Positions 33,930 through 48,959 of a DNA stretch of 64,000 nt are shown piece by piece; the first letter of the stretch is position 1, and each line of letters begins with the position of its first letter. The stretch comes from the human T2T-CHM13v2.0 reference genome, Homo sapiens, in the NCBI RefSeq assembly GCF_009914755.1, contig NC_060947.1; one strand, 5' to 3'. Below the pieces are notes generated by a model. It worked only from the letters and a program-made list of their open reading frames with translations, ran no database searches and was not told the origin of the DNA. Both the position numbers and the translations under genes were made by a program.

Positions 33930-36610
33930 TTTGGTGGTGCAGCAGCCCACCTGAAAGCCACATGGGGCAGGGGAGCCCCCACCCCCCAGCCAAGGGAAGG
34001 AGTGAGTGAGCCTGCTACTTAGCCAGGGAAACCATGCTTTTTCCACGGAATTGTGCAACCCACGGATCAGAAGATCCCACTCCTGAACCCATGCCACCAG
34101 GGCCTAGGGTCCCGACCCAGGAGCCATGCAGATTCTCAACAGCCTCTCAGCTAGAATCTGCTTAAGCCTGCCAAGTGCCCAGAGGGAGGGGCAACCAGCA
34201 TCACAGCTGCAGCTGCCTGCTGTCTAAGCCACTTGAGCTCCTTCAGGGAGGGGCAGCAGCCAGCACTGGGACTCATAACTGCCTAACACGCTAAGTTCCC
34301 TGGGCTAGGGAAGGGCAGCATCCATCTCTATACCTCCAGGTCATGCTTTTCCCCTGCTAGAGCCAGGGAGGCTGGACGGCCTTGTTCCAAGAGGTGTCCC
34401 CCACATCCCAACACACCGGCTATGGCAGACTGCAGCCCGAGCACCTCTTCAGACCTGACCCTGACTCATCCTTCCTTACTGGGTGGGGCCTCCCTGCAGG
34501 AACTCCAGCAACTCCAGTCAGAGGCTCAGGGACAGAACCCTGATCTCCCTGGGCCAGAGCCCCTAGGGGGTGGAGGGGTGGCCATAGTCTCTGTGGACCA
34601 GCACACTTAGCCTTTCCTCCTGGTAGTTCTGAGGAATCCAGGCAGCCCAAACGAGTGGGTTTCCCCCTAGCAAAGCACACCTCCTCCACCAAGAGACAGT
34701 CAAAGTTCTTCACTAAATGGGTCCTGTTCCCTGTGCCACCCAACTGGATGAGACCTTCCAACAGGGGTTGTCAGACACTCTATACAGGAGTGATCTATTG
34801 TCATCAGGTTGGTGCCCCTCGAGGTCAGAGATCCCAGAAAAAGGAACAGGTACCCAACTTTGCTGTTCTCCAGCCTCCTTGAGTAACATCTCCAGGTGCA
34901 GGAGCAAAACAGATGATTACAGCCTGAAGTGAACCCCCAGCAAACCTCAGCAGCCCTACAGAAGAGGGACCTGACCATTGAAAGAAAAACAAACAAACAG
35001 AAAGCAATGACAACAGCATCAACAACAACAAAAAGTCCCTGCAAAAACCCCATCCAAGGGTCAACAGCCTTAAAGATCAAAACTAGACAAACTCATGAAG
35101 GTGAGAAAGAATCAATGAAAAAACACTGAAAACACAAAAGGCCAGAGTGCCTCTTCTCCACATGATTGCAATGCCTCTCCAGCAAGGGTGCAGAACTGGA
35201 CACAGGATGAGATGGATGAATTGACAGAAGTAGGCTTCAGAAAATGGGTAATAAAAAACTCCACTGAGCTAAAGGAGCATGTTCTAACCCAATGCAAAGA
35301 AGCTAAGAACCTTGATAAAAGGGTAGAGGAGCTGCTAACTAGAACACCCAGTTTAGAGAGGAACATAAATTACCTGATGGAGCTGAAAAACACATCATGA
35401 GAAGTTCATGAAGCATACACAAGTATCAATAGCTGAATTGACCAAGTGGAAGAAAGGATATCAGAGTTTGAAGACCACCTTGCTGAAATAAGCATGCAGA
35501 CAAGATTAGAGAAAAAATAATGAAAAGGAACTAACAAAGCCTCCAAAAAATACAGGACTATGTAAAAAGATTGAACCTCCAATTTATTGGAGTACCCAAA
35601 GGAGACGAGGAGAATAGAAACAAGCTGGAAAACACACCTCAGGATATTACCCAGGATAACTTAGCCAACCTAGCAAGGCAGGCCAACATTCAAATTCAGG
35701 AAATTCCAGAGAACACCACTAAGATACTCCATGAGAAGATCAACCCCAAAACACATAATCATCAGATTCTCCAAGGTCAAAATGGAGGAAAAAATGTTAA
35801 GGGCAGCCAGAGAGAAAGCCCAGGTCACCTACAAAGAGAAGCCCATCAGATTAACAGTGGCCCTTTCAGCGGAAACCCCATAAGCCAGAAGAGATTGGGG
35901 GCCAATATTGAACATTCTTAAAGAAAAGAATTTTCAATCCAGAATTCATATCCAGCCAAACTAAGCTTCATAAGCGAAGAAAAAATAAAATCCTTTCCAG
36001 ACAAGCAAATGCTGAGGCATTTTGTCACCACCAGTCCTGCCTTGGCAAAAGCTCCTGAAAGAAGTGCTACATGTGGAAAGGAAAAACCAGTACCAACCAC
36101 TGCAAAAAACACACCAAAATATAAAGACCAATGACACTATGAAGAAACTGCATCAACTAGTGTGCAAAATAACCAACTAGCATCATGATGACAGGATCAA
36201 ATTCACAATAACATAACAATACTAACCTTAAATGTAAATGGGCTAAATGCCCTAATTAAAAGACACAGACTGGCAAATCAGAGAAAGAGTCAAGACCCAT
36301 TGGTGTGCTGTATTCAGGAGACCCATCTCACGTGCAAAGATGCAGATGGGCTCAAAATAAAGGGATGGAGGAAAATTTACCAAGCAAATGGAAAGCAAAG
36401 AAAAAACAATCCTAGTCTCTGACAAAACAGACTTTAAACCAACAAATACCAAAAAAGACAAAGAAGGGCATTATGTAATGGTGAAGGGATCAATTCAACA
36501 AGAAGAGCTAACTATCCTTAATATATATGTACCCAATACAGGAGTACCCAGATTCATAAAACAAGTTCTTAGACACCTGCAAAGAGACTTAGACTCCCAC
36601 ACAATAATAG
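33930..36610 (+). mobile_element. Primate L1PA (roughly PA8-PA13 era): 5'UTR, disrupted ORF1 and start of ORF2, 3'-truncated
   Basis: ORF1p remnant ELTEVGFRKWVIKNSTELKEHVLTQCKEAKNLDKR; ORF2 start ATGACAGGATCAAATTCACA and endonuclease remnant ILVSDKTDFKPT...KEGHYVMVKGSIQQEELTILNIY; many stops and frameshifts. Confidence 0.92.
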
Positions 36611-36929
36611 TTCTGGCAAAGTCAATGTTGAATGTGTATGTTGATAGAAATAATCCAGTAAAAATTTTAAATTAGTATAGAGAAGATCCGAACCAAATCA
36701 GGCTGATCAATGTAAGGGAATAAACAGACAATTTGACTCTGATTTTTCTCTATATTCTTAGTTAAGCACAAAAGAAGAATATCAGCTAAGAGTAAGAAAG
36801 GAAGGGAGTGCTGGATGTCACTAGTAGTGATCAGGTTTCAAATTACTGTAGGAAACTTTACTATAGCAAATATTACTAAAGGAAAACCATCTCTCATCAA
36901 AAGGTCATCACTCTCTCAGAATTTACCTA

Positions 36930-37004
36930 TGCAAAAACACACCAAAATATAAAGACCAATGACACTATGAAGAAATTGTATCAACTAGTGTGCAAAATAA
37001 CCAA
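36930..37004 (+). repeat. 75-bp copy of L1 segment 36101-36176
   Basis: Direct comparison shows two substitutions and one A-run indel. Confidence 0.9.
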
Positions 37005-37550
37005 TAATAAATAAAATCTATTTGCTTTTCTCTCAATCTACTCATCTACATATACATCTACCAATCTACCTCTTGTAATGTCGTCATATCCTATAATTTC
37101 CTAGGTAGATATTAGTCCTCTCTGTTACAATAAGCACCTATATTACTGAAGATAAGCAAATTGCATTAAATAACAAGAAAGAGAAACTATATTACTCCTT
37201 AAGCTTTGTTTCACAAACCAGACCTTTATAAGCTATTTCAGTAGGTTCTATTTTTTGTTGTTGTTTCCTTCACACAGAAAAAAAATACTTTACTGGTATA
37301 ACAAGGTCTAAATTACAGACTGTAGAGATTTTTCCAAAGGGCAGGCATCCAGGCATCATTGAATAACAAGAACTATAGCTTTATGTTTTAAAATAAAATC
37401 AGCTGTTTCGCTGATTAGGTAGAAAATCCAACTGCTTCATGCTGTAAATAATAATTACAAATCTATATTACTGGAATCTGAGCTCAGTTGGGGAGAAAAT
37501 TGGCCATTACATGTAATAAGAAGTAAAATTTTATAAAATATGTAAAACCC

Positions 37551-37880
<330 letters not shown>

Positions 37881-39214
37881 TTAATAAACATTCATGGCAA
37901 TGGCAATTATCCGTGGACCTTGATGTGCTTTATGTCAGGCCACAGCACACATCATTAAATGTCACTAAACACTGTGCTCTTAAAGATAATTTCCAATTCA
38001 AAAAATAGCAATATTTTATTTCAAAAAAGTTCTTATTTTTCCAGAAAACATTTTTCTTATCGATTGTCAAAATACATAATATATGTTAACCAAAATCAAC
38101 ATTATGAGACATGATGACAATTATCCCCCATAGGAAAATAAATTAAATTTCCTCTTTGCTAAATACTCACTAAAGCCCTACAATTCAATCTCTGATTATC
38201 AGTAATTAAATAAGCACAGATGATGCATATTTTATCTTTTAGAAATAGTGTAGAGTTTCCAAAAACACTGCAAATTTTTATCCATTTGATTACTTGCTCA
38301 GCTTATTACATCCCTTCCCAGAGCCAATATATTTGAGATAGTTCTAATTTTTTTAGAATGTGTTTTTCTTGTATAACATTTGATTTATGAAAAAGTTTTT
38401 TCCTAACAGAAATTAGTTCATTGCAATAATAAAATGCATATAAAATTTACACATATATTTAAATTAAAGGAAATGTATTATAATTAAGTTAATTATATTT
38501 AGGGAAATTATTAAGTATTATATGATATATGTCAAGATCCAATATATTAATAAGTGAAATTAATGAAATAAATTCCAACTAATTAACTAGTTAGAATCAC
38601 TGCTTTGTGCTTTGAATATATTATCTACTACTTGTAGTAAAGTTGCAAAACAAACAAAAAAACCCAAATGTATTTAAAAATGTAAAACTTCCAGTTAGAC
38701 ATTTATAGTCACAAAATGGAATTAATTTTAAAATATTTTTAATATAAATTTCATTTTTACATTTTTTTACAGTTGCAAAAATTGTGCATTTATTTGTGTG
38801 TGTTGGAATAATTATGGTCTCACTCTATGCCCCAATGTCATGAAGTGTGTTGTTTTCCTCTCTATTGTCTTCCAAACTTGGAATAATGCCTAAAAGAAAT
38901 GTTGGTTAAATGAATGAAGATGAATGAACATGCATCTTGGAATAATCTTTTACTTTATAGATATAAATATTTGTGTAGGCAAAAAATTTACAAAATAATA
39001 CTTTATGGTGAAAAATAATATTAATCTCTAGTTTCTAATGACTAAATAGGTAAATGAGTCAGTGTTCATTCATTCAACAAATATTTTTTATTCAATGTTT
39101 ACTATATGCATTCCAGTGTTAGCATCAAAGATACAGCATTAGCAGATATTTATCCAAACCCCAACCTCTTTGAATATAAATTTTTGTAGTGGAAAAAAGA
39201 TAACGAGCAAATAA

Positions 39215-39614
<400 letters not shown>

Positions 39615-39852
39615 AGGGATTGAGATTTTTAAGGTGAAGGAATAATTTACTAAGAACATAACGTTTGAGCAAATACCTAAATAAAGTAAGAGAATGAGCC
39701 CTATGTTTATCTAGGTGAAGAGAACTCCTGGAATATGAAACAAAAATAAAAAACTACAGCAACCCTGAGGTTGATTATTCAAGGTAAATTATGGCAGCTC
39801 GACAGGGGAGAGATCATGGAATAAGAGGAACAAGAGTAGTAAGAGATAAAAT

Positions 39853-40616
39853 TGTCAAAGAAAAGAGTCAAACTCTGTAAAATATCCAAAGAGATTTATT
39901 CTGAGCCAAATATGAGTGACCATGGCCTGTGGCACAGCCCTCAGGAGGTCCTGAGAACATGTGCCCAGCTCATGGGGGCACAGCTTGGTTTTATATATTT
40001 TAGGGAGGCATGAGACATCAATCAAATACATTTAAGAAATACATTGGTTTTGTCCAGAAAGGTGGGACTACTCAAAGCAGGGGCTTCCAAGCTATAGGCA
40101 AATTTAAACATTTTCTGGTTGACAATTGGTTGAGTTTATCAAAAAACCTGGGATCACAGACAGGAAATGTTCAGGTTAAGATAAAAGATTGTGAAGACCA
40201 AGGTTCTTTTGAAGTCTTATAGTGGCTGCCCTTGGAGACAATAGATGACAAATGCTTCCTGTTCAAATCTTTAAAAGGTGCTAGACTCTTAGTTAATCTC
40301 TTTAGGATTGGGTGGGCCTGGAAGAAAAAAATTCTAGCTATGTTAATAGAGATTGTTTACAGATGCAAATATTCCCTCACAAAGGACTTTGCAGGGCCAT
40401 TTCAAGATATGGCAAAGAAACACGTTTTGGGGTAAAATATTTTGATTTTCTTCCTTGTCTCATAACGTTATGCCAGAGTCAGATTGGAAAGTAAGTCATG
40501 ATATATAGGATTAAATAAAACCCATCTGATGAGAATTTATTATTTGTAGGGCTTGACTCCCCAGACCCCTTAGATAGGAATTTGGGAAAGAGAAAAAAAT
40601 CAGAGTTTAGTCCTGA
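39853..40616 (-). mobile_element. MER4-family (MER4E-like) complete solo LTR
   Basis: TGTCAAAG...TTAGTCCTGA termini with 4-bp TSD AAAT; homologous to 334-1199. Confidence 0.85.
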
Positions 40617-40835
40617 AAATCAAATGAAGTATCTGGTTTATGGTAAAGAATTTTGAGTTAATTTTTGAATGAACTTTGAATGAGATGGGAAGTAGTGGGA
40701 GAGCGTGGAGCAAGGAAGAGACCTGATTTGACTTCAGCTGTTAAAATTTTTCTCTTTGTTGGTAGAATAGAGTTTGGAGAACAGAGAAAGCAGGAAGAGC
40801 AGATAGGAGGCTATTGGGATGATTTAGGTGTGTCA

Positions 40836-41227
<392 letters not shown>

Positions 41228-42277
41228 TCAACAGGATTAGTTAAAAGATTACTTGAGGGAAAAGACAAGGATCAAGTTGCTACTAATGAAAAAGACTATA
41301 GAAAGAGGTGGTTTAAAGAGGGAGAGCAGGAAGTTAGTTTAGAACATGTTAAATTTTAAGATTTCCATTAGCTATCCAAATAGAGATAATGTGTAGGCCA
41401 CTGAATATTCGATCACAAACTTCAGAAATTTGTACAGGCTGAAAAAAGAAATCTGAAAGTTACTCGCATATAAATGATTATTTGAAGCCATGAGGCTTGA
41501 TGAAATCACTTAAGATATGCTTGTAGAAAAAGAAGATAAGATATTGAAAGGCTGAGTTCTGGAATACTTTGACATTTAGAGGATGTGAGAAGAGGAAGAA
41601 TAAGCAAAATATATTAATGCTGTGAGAAGAAAGGTAAGAAGAAAATGAGGGCTGTATTGTGTCTTAGAAGGCAAGTGAAAAACTGTTTCAGGGGTAGCAG
41701 ATGATTTTTTTTGATGGCCTATAATTCAAATCTGGGAAGTGTTTAGGAGAGAGGAAAGTTGTGGAAGAGAAAAGAGCTACTATATGTAATGTCTGGGCAG
41801 AGGAAGCATTGCCCTCATAGGTGAGAGTCACTTTTCAGCTAGAGAAAGAAGATACAGGGAACATACAGAAAAGTTGATAAAGGGATATAGGTGATTTTCC
41901 CAATGACAGATTGCAGTTTACAGAAGATGGTGTTGTAGGGCTTTAGAATTTGGAAATGGGTGAGAATTCTGGTCAGAAATGTAGATGTACACTACCCTGG
42001 GGGAAAAGGGTACAGAGAATTAGGGATGACCTATAAAACTTGTTTCCTTGTGGTGACAGATATAACAGGGATAAATCCATAATGAAATGTTTCCTGATAG
42101 AAGGAAGATAGATAGTTATAGTAAGATCTCATCGCCTTCCATTATTTTGGAGGGTGAGCCTTTGGGGATGAGAAAAAATGGGGAGCTTTGCAAACATACA
42201 CTACATATAAGGGGCCACTAATGGTTTGAAAATAATCCACCAATTATTTAATACTTCTTAACTACCTAAATGTAGGG

Positions 42278-42295
42278 GTGTGTGTGTGTGTGTGT
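42278..42295. repeat. (GT)n microsatellite
   Basis: About 9 GT units. Confidence 0.9.
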
Positions 42296-44531
42296 AGGTA
42301 CAGATATAGATATAGATCTTCTTATATATGAGCTTAATATTCTCCAAACTCAGCCCTCACAAATAACAAACCAATGTCATATGTGGAAAGCTTATTAATA
42401 TGCCCAAGAATTCAGTGTTTGGGTATAAAATGAATGTCTCACCATTTACCTTTTTCTTTCTATCAATTTTCTTCCTGATAGAACTTGTGGTAAATATCAC
42501 AATACCATTTATGGGTGACAGCAAGATAAACGGAACTCAATAATTACTCTGTCTGTTCCTATCAAGATGGCAGAGGCCCTAGTACCTGCCCAGTTGCTAT
42601 AGAAAAGGATATTCATTTTAGCTACCACAACTCAGGAAAAATAAATAGCAACAAAAGGTAGGAGTGATTGTACCTAGCCAAAATAAGAAAATCCAAAAAT
42701 GAAGGCTTTTCAAAAATAAAATGCATTCATCATTTCCCTTATATGAGATAACCAGAAAATTGTAAATCTAATCCATTCTAAAAGATTAAATGATGATTGG
42801 CTCACAGAGCTGGTAATGATAGAGATTTTTATTTGTGTACTTATTTCCTCCTCATAGAGATCATGGCAACTTGTATTCATTTGTATTACTTTTAGACCTA
42901 TAAAGATAGTGATACCAGCTAAAAGAAGAAAAAGACAACCATTTCATGTTATGTGTAATTGGATATTTGACATTTTAGATAGAGTTCTGATTATACTTGA
43001 CAGATGTATTTTTATTTTCATTTTATACTCTCTTTTTAACAAGCATAGTTTATTTTTCTTGATTTTTTTCTCTAAAATAAATGTTTGAAATAGTAGAAGA
43101 TTTTAATTTCATTTTTCTGAATGTAATATTTATGCTAGAATTAAAATTTGAAAGACATTAATTGTATACATTCAAAAACAAAGGTAATGAGAAACAATAT
43201 TCACGTATAATAATACAGGATTTTTAGATTTTTAAGAATGTACCAGATGCAAAAGGAATGGGTTAGTACAACCCTTAGTTTATCAGAGTCTAATAAGTCT
43301 TTTTTTTAATGCTGTCTACAAAATTACATTAAGCTTCTAAAAAAAATCACCCATTTTAGCTAAAGCAATCACAACCTTTATTTTCTCTCCAAACTTTCTT
43401 GTACATTGTCCACCTCTTGAGACTAAAGTGAGAAAATATTTTACCATATCCATGGATTTCAAAGGGGAAAAATACAGGCAAAAGAAACATTATTTCCCAG
43501 TGATCTCCACTATGCTTTCACAGATTTCTTTTTGGTCATATAAGCCTGTGGATCATCACCCAATTTTTAGCACACTTTATTTTGTTTCCTCCAAGACAGG
43601 CACTCGAAATATAATCTCAACATATTAAAGATATTGATAGACAAGTAATACTTGAAAAAGCATGTTTCATTTTGCAAAACCAAATCCCACTCTCTTATTC
43701 TCAGCTCCTTTTGTTCTGAAGTTGGTAAAAATGTGTATAATTTGCCTTTCATTCTACTATCTGAGCATTTTTATTTTAAATTTTTATTGTGTATGCTACT
43801 TCTACCACTTAATAAGAAAAGTGTTCCATTTTTTAAGAAACAGAAAAGTATTCTCAACTTAGCATAAAGATTAGAAAAAAAGGAAACAAACCTACAGAGA
43901 ACTGAATTATTAACTGACATCATTAACCAAACCAAAGGACAACAGTATTTTTGAGTTCTAATTGAATGATCCACAAGTATAACCACCTTCTGAATGCAAA
44001 AAATATATTCTAGACATACTTAACAGATTGTCCTCCAACAACTCTTTGAAAACATCATCTAATGAGGAGTTTGTATTTCTTAACACATCTTTTTCCTTTA
44101 TGGAGTAAAACTGGACAATTCTTTTTGTGTTTTAGTTCCACATCTCACTGCCTGGAACTTTCAGTCTCTGGTTGAAGTTCTAGTCTTAGAGCAATGTACA
44201 CTATTAATCTTCCCTTTCCACACTTAAAAAGACACTTTTGCAAGTTCACTATCATTTGTTCTCTCAAGCAATGAACACAGTTCTGTGAATTTTCCAATAT
44301 TGTGCTAGTTCGCTAGATCTCCAAGGATTTAAGATCCTATCTTGTGTTTTCTAGGTCCTTCTGTAGTAGACCAATCATGAATAAGGTAAGCTAGTTGCTT
44401 TTACATTTTAGCAATGGTGAGTGATCATGTGGATCTCCAAATACCGTCCCTGAATTTTTATTTCCTTGGACTACCTGTCCATTGAAATACAGCCATTACT
44501 ACCTAGATTACAACATACTGACCATTGTAAT

Positions 44532-45262
44532 ATCTCAGTCTGTTGAGAGGTTGTAACAAAATATCTTACACTGGGTGATTTATAAATAATAGAAATGTAT
44601 TTGTCACAGTTCTGGAAGCTGGGAAGTACAAGATCAAAGTGCCAGCAAATTCAGTGTCTGATGAGAGTATGTTTCTCATAGGTGCCACCTTCTCTGTGTG
44701 TTCACATCACAGGCAGAGTTTCACACTGCAGGCAGAGTAAAAGGGAAAAACTCACTCTCTCAAGCCCTTTTATCAAGGCACTAATCCCATCCATGAGGAC
44801 GTAACCTTCATGACCTAATCATTTTCCAAAAGCCCCATCTCTTAATACCATCAACGTGGGGTTAAGTTCCAACTTTGGGAGAGACACCAACATTCAGACT
44901 ATAGCATTCTTCCCCTGGCTTCCCAAAATTCATGTCTTTCTCATATAAAAAATGTTATTCCAATAGCCCCAATAGTCTTAACACAATCTCGCATCAATAT
45001 TAAAGTCTAAGTCCAAAGTGTCATGTAAATATCACCTAAATCAGATATGGGTAAGACTCAAGGAATAATTCATCCTGAGGCAAATTTTCCTTCCCCTGTG
45101 AGCCTATGAAATCGAATAGGTTATGTGCTTCCAAAGTACAATGCTTAGACAGGCACAAAGTAGACATTCCCATTCCAAAAGAGAGAAATAGAAAAGCAGA
45201 AAAGAGCAACAGGTCCTGACCAAATTCAAAACCCAATACAGCAAACAATATTAAATCTTAAT
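44532..45262 (-). mobile_element. MLT1A-like LTR (44532-44906) plus adjacent MaLR internal sequence
   Basis: CACAGTTCTGGAAGCTGGGAAGTACAAGATCAAAGTGCCAGC...AACATTCAGACTATAGCA, followed by TTCTTCCCCTGG (PPT on minus strand) and CCCAAAATTCATGTC internal motif. Confidence 0.8.
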
Positions 45263-45264
45263 AA

Positions 45265-45510
<246 letters not shown>

Positions 45511-46051
45511 TTTATTCAGATTTTCTATTTCATCAGGATACAGTTTTAATAAGTTATGTGTTTCTAGAAATGTATCAATTTCTTCTAAGTTTTCCAACTT
45601 GTTGGCACGTAATTGTTCATAGTTTCTTATCCTTTATATTTCTGTAGTATCAGTTGTGATATGTCCTCTTTCATTTTTTATTTTATTCATTTGAGTCTTC
45701 CTTCTTTTTCTTTTAGTATAGGTAAAGTTTTTTGATTTTGTGCATCTTATTTTAATATTAAAATATTAAATGAAACCACTTAATTTCATTTGTATTTTCT
45801 ATTGTTTTTCTAGTCCCTATTTATTTCTCTGAACTTTATTATAATTTCCTTCCTTCTATTATGTTTGGCTGAATTCTTCTTTTTCTAGTTCCTTGAGATG
45901 TTATGTTAGGTTATTTATTTGATTTTTTTGTTTTGTTTTCTAATGTAGAGGTTTACTACTATATATTTGTCTTTAGAACTGCCTTTGCTATGTTCCATAA
46001 ATTTTGGTATGTTTGTGTCAGAGTATGCTGACACATGTATATCTCAAGACA

Positions 46052-46348
46052 TTTTTTTTTTTTTTTGAGACAGAGTCTCACTCTGTCACCCAGGCTGGAG
46101 TGCAGTGGTGCAATCTTGGCTCATTGCAAACTCCGCCTCCCGGATTCATGCCATGCTTCTGCCTCAGCCCCCTGAGTAGCTGGGACTACAAGCGCCCGCC
46201 ACCATGCCTGGCTAATTTTTTGTATTTTTTATTAGAGACGGGGTTTCACCGTGTTAGCCAGGATGGTCTCGATCTCCTGACCTTGTGATCTGCCCACCTC
46301 GGCCTCCCAAAGTGCTGGGATTACAGGCGTGAGCCACCACGCCTGGCC
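46052..46348 (-). mobile_element. AluY-like
   Basis: Full Alu; TSD ATCTCAAGA(C/T)ATTTTT. Confidence 0.95.
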
Positions 46349-47513
46349 ATCTCAAGATATTTTTTATTTCCCTCTTAATTTATTCTTTGACCCATGAGGT
46401 ATGCAAGAACAGGCGTTCAGGAGTATGTTGTTTAATTTCCACACATTTGTGGATTTTCTAAAATTCCTCTTATTAATGATTTCTAATTTCATACCATTGT
46501 GGTCAGAAAAGATAATTTATATAATCTTAATCTTAAAATTGTTAAGACTTGTTTTGTGCCCTAGGATATGATCTATCCTGGAGAATTTTTTGTGTACTTG
46601 AACAAGTCTGTATTCTGTAGCTTTGGAATAAAATGTACATATCTTTTAGGTACATTTGATCTACGGTATTGTTCAAGTCTGTTGCTTCTTTATTGATTTT
46701 CTGTATGGATGTTCTATCCATTATTAAATGTGGGTATTGAACTCTGCCACTCTTATTGTGTTACTGTCTATTTCTTCCTTTGGTTCTGCTAATGCTTGCT
46801 TCACATATTTAGGTGCTACAATGTTGGGTACATATATATTTGCAATTATTATAACCTCTTGATGAAATGATCTCTTAATCATCTCTTATGATGACTTTCT
46901 TTGTCACTGGTGACAGCTCTTGACCTAAAGTTTATTTTGTCTGATGTACATATAGCCATTAGTGATCTCTTTTGACTACCATTTGCTTGGGCATGTAATA
47001 TGTTTTTCTATTCCTGCACTTTCACTCTGTGTGCTCTTAAAACTAAAGGGAGTGTCTTGGAGGCAGTATATAGTTAGACCTCACAATTTTAGATATTCAG
47101 CAATTCTGGGTCATTTTATTGAATAATTTAATACATTTACATTTAAAGTAATTATCAATATAGGTAGGGACTTACTATTGTCATTTTGTTCATTGTTTTC
47201 TGCCTGGTTTGTTGTTTACATTCCTTTCTTCTCTTGCTGTCTTCCTTTGTGACTTGATTCTTTGTAGTGTTATGCTTTGATTCCTTTCTCTTTATTTTTT
47301 ATATATCTACGAGAGTTTTGTTTTCTTTGTGATTACCACAAGGCTTCCAGAAAATGCATTATAGCTATAACGGTTTATTTTGAGCTGATAACAACTTAAT
47401 TTCAACTGCATACAAAAAAATCTACATTTTAACTTTTTCCCTCCACATTTTATATTATTGATGTTGCAATTTACATTTTTTTGTGAATTGAATAGCCACA
47501 CAAATATTAATAA

Positions 47514-47844
<331 letters not shown>

Positions 47845-48648
47845 ACTTTTGTCTTTTATACTAGAGTTAAACGTTTCTTAAGCACCACCCTTAGAGTATT
47901 AGAGTATTGTGAATTTGACTATATTCTTACCTTCACAGTGAGTTTTAAAACTTTTAAATATTTTCATGCTTTCTTTTGTTTCAACCTGCATAACTTTAAG
48001 ATTTCTTATAGAACAGGTTCAGTGGTAGTGAACTCCATTAACTTTTTTTGTCTAAAAAAGTTTCATTTCTCCTTCATTTCTGAAGGACGCTTTATGCAGC
48101 ATGGTATTGTTGGTTGGTATTTGTGTGTATGTATATTTTAGCTCTTTTAATATATCATCCCACAGTTTCCTGGCCTGCAGGTTTTCTGCTGAGAAATATG
48201 CTGATAATCTTATCATGGTTCTCCTGCATGTTACAAGAAACATTTCTCTTGCTGTTATCAAAATTCTTTTGTGTGACTATTGAGGATTTGATTATAATGT
48301 GTCTCAGTGAAGACCTCTTTATGTTGAAGCCATTTGATGCTTTTGGGCTTCATGGATTGAGAGGTTCATGTCTCTCTCCAGTTTTGGGGAACGTTTCTGT
48401 TGTTATTTCTTTAAATAAGCTTTCTGCCCTTTTTTCTTTATCTGTTTCTTCTTCAACTCTCATAATGCATATATTGACTTCTTGAGAGTGTCCCATAAGC
48501 TCTCTGGGTTTTCTTTACCATTTTTAATTCTTTTTTCTATTTATTCCTCTGATAGTGTAATTTCAAATGACCTATCTTCGAACTCACTTCTTCTTTCTTT
48601 TGTTTAATTACATATACTGTTGAAACTCTCCATAACATTTTTCAGAAG

Positions 48649-48957
48649 GGCCAGGTGCAGTGGCTCATGCCTGTAATCCCAGCATTTTGGGAGGTGAAGG
48701 CCAGCAGATCACGAGGTCAGGAGATCGAGACCATCTTGGCCAACACGGTGAAACCCCGTCTCTACAAAAATTACAAAAATTAGCTGGGCGTGGTGCATGT
48801 GTCTGTAATCCCAACTATTCGGGAGGCTGAGGCAGGCAAATTGCTTGAACCAGGGAGTCAGAGGTTGCAGTGAGCCGAGATCACGCCACTGCACTCCAGC
48901 CTGGAGACAGACAAGACTCTGTCTCAAAAAAAAAAAAGAATAAAAAAGAAAAAAAAA
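48649..48957 (+). mobile_element. AluSc-like
   Basis: Full Alu; short TSD TTC(A/G)GAAG. Confidence 0.94.
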
Positions 48958-48959
48958 TT

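Noticed and set aside
35188-36675. L1 ORF1p/ORF2p ORFs as functional CDS
   Set aside because: Multiple stops and frameshifts; ORF2 is truncated in the endonuclease domain
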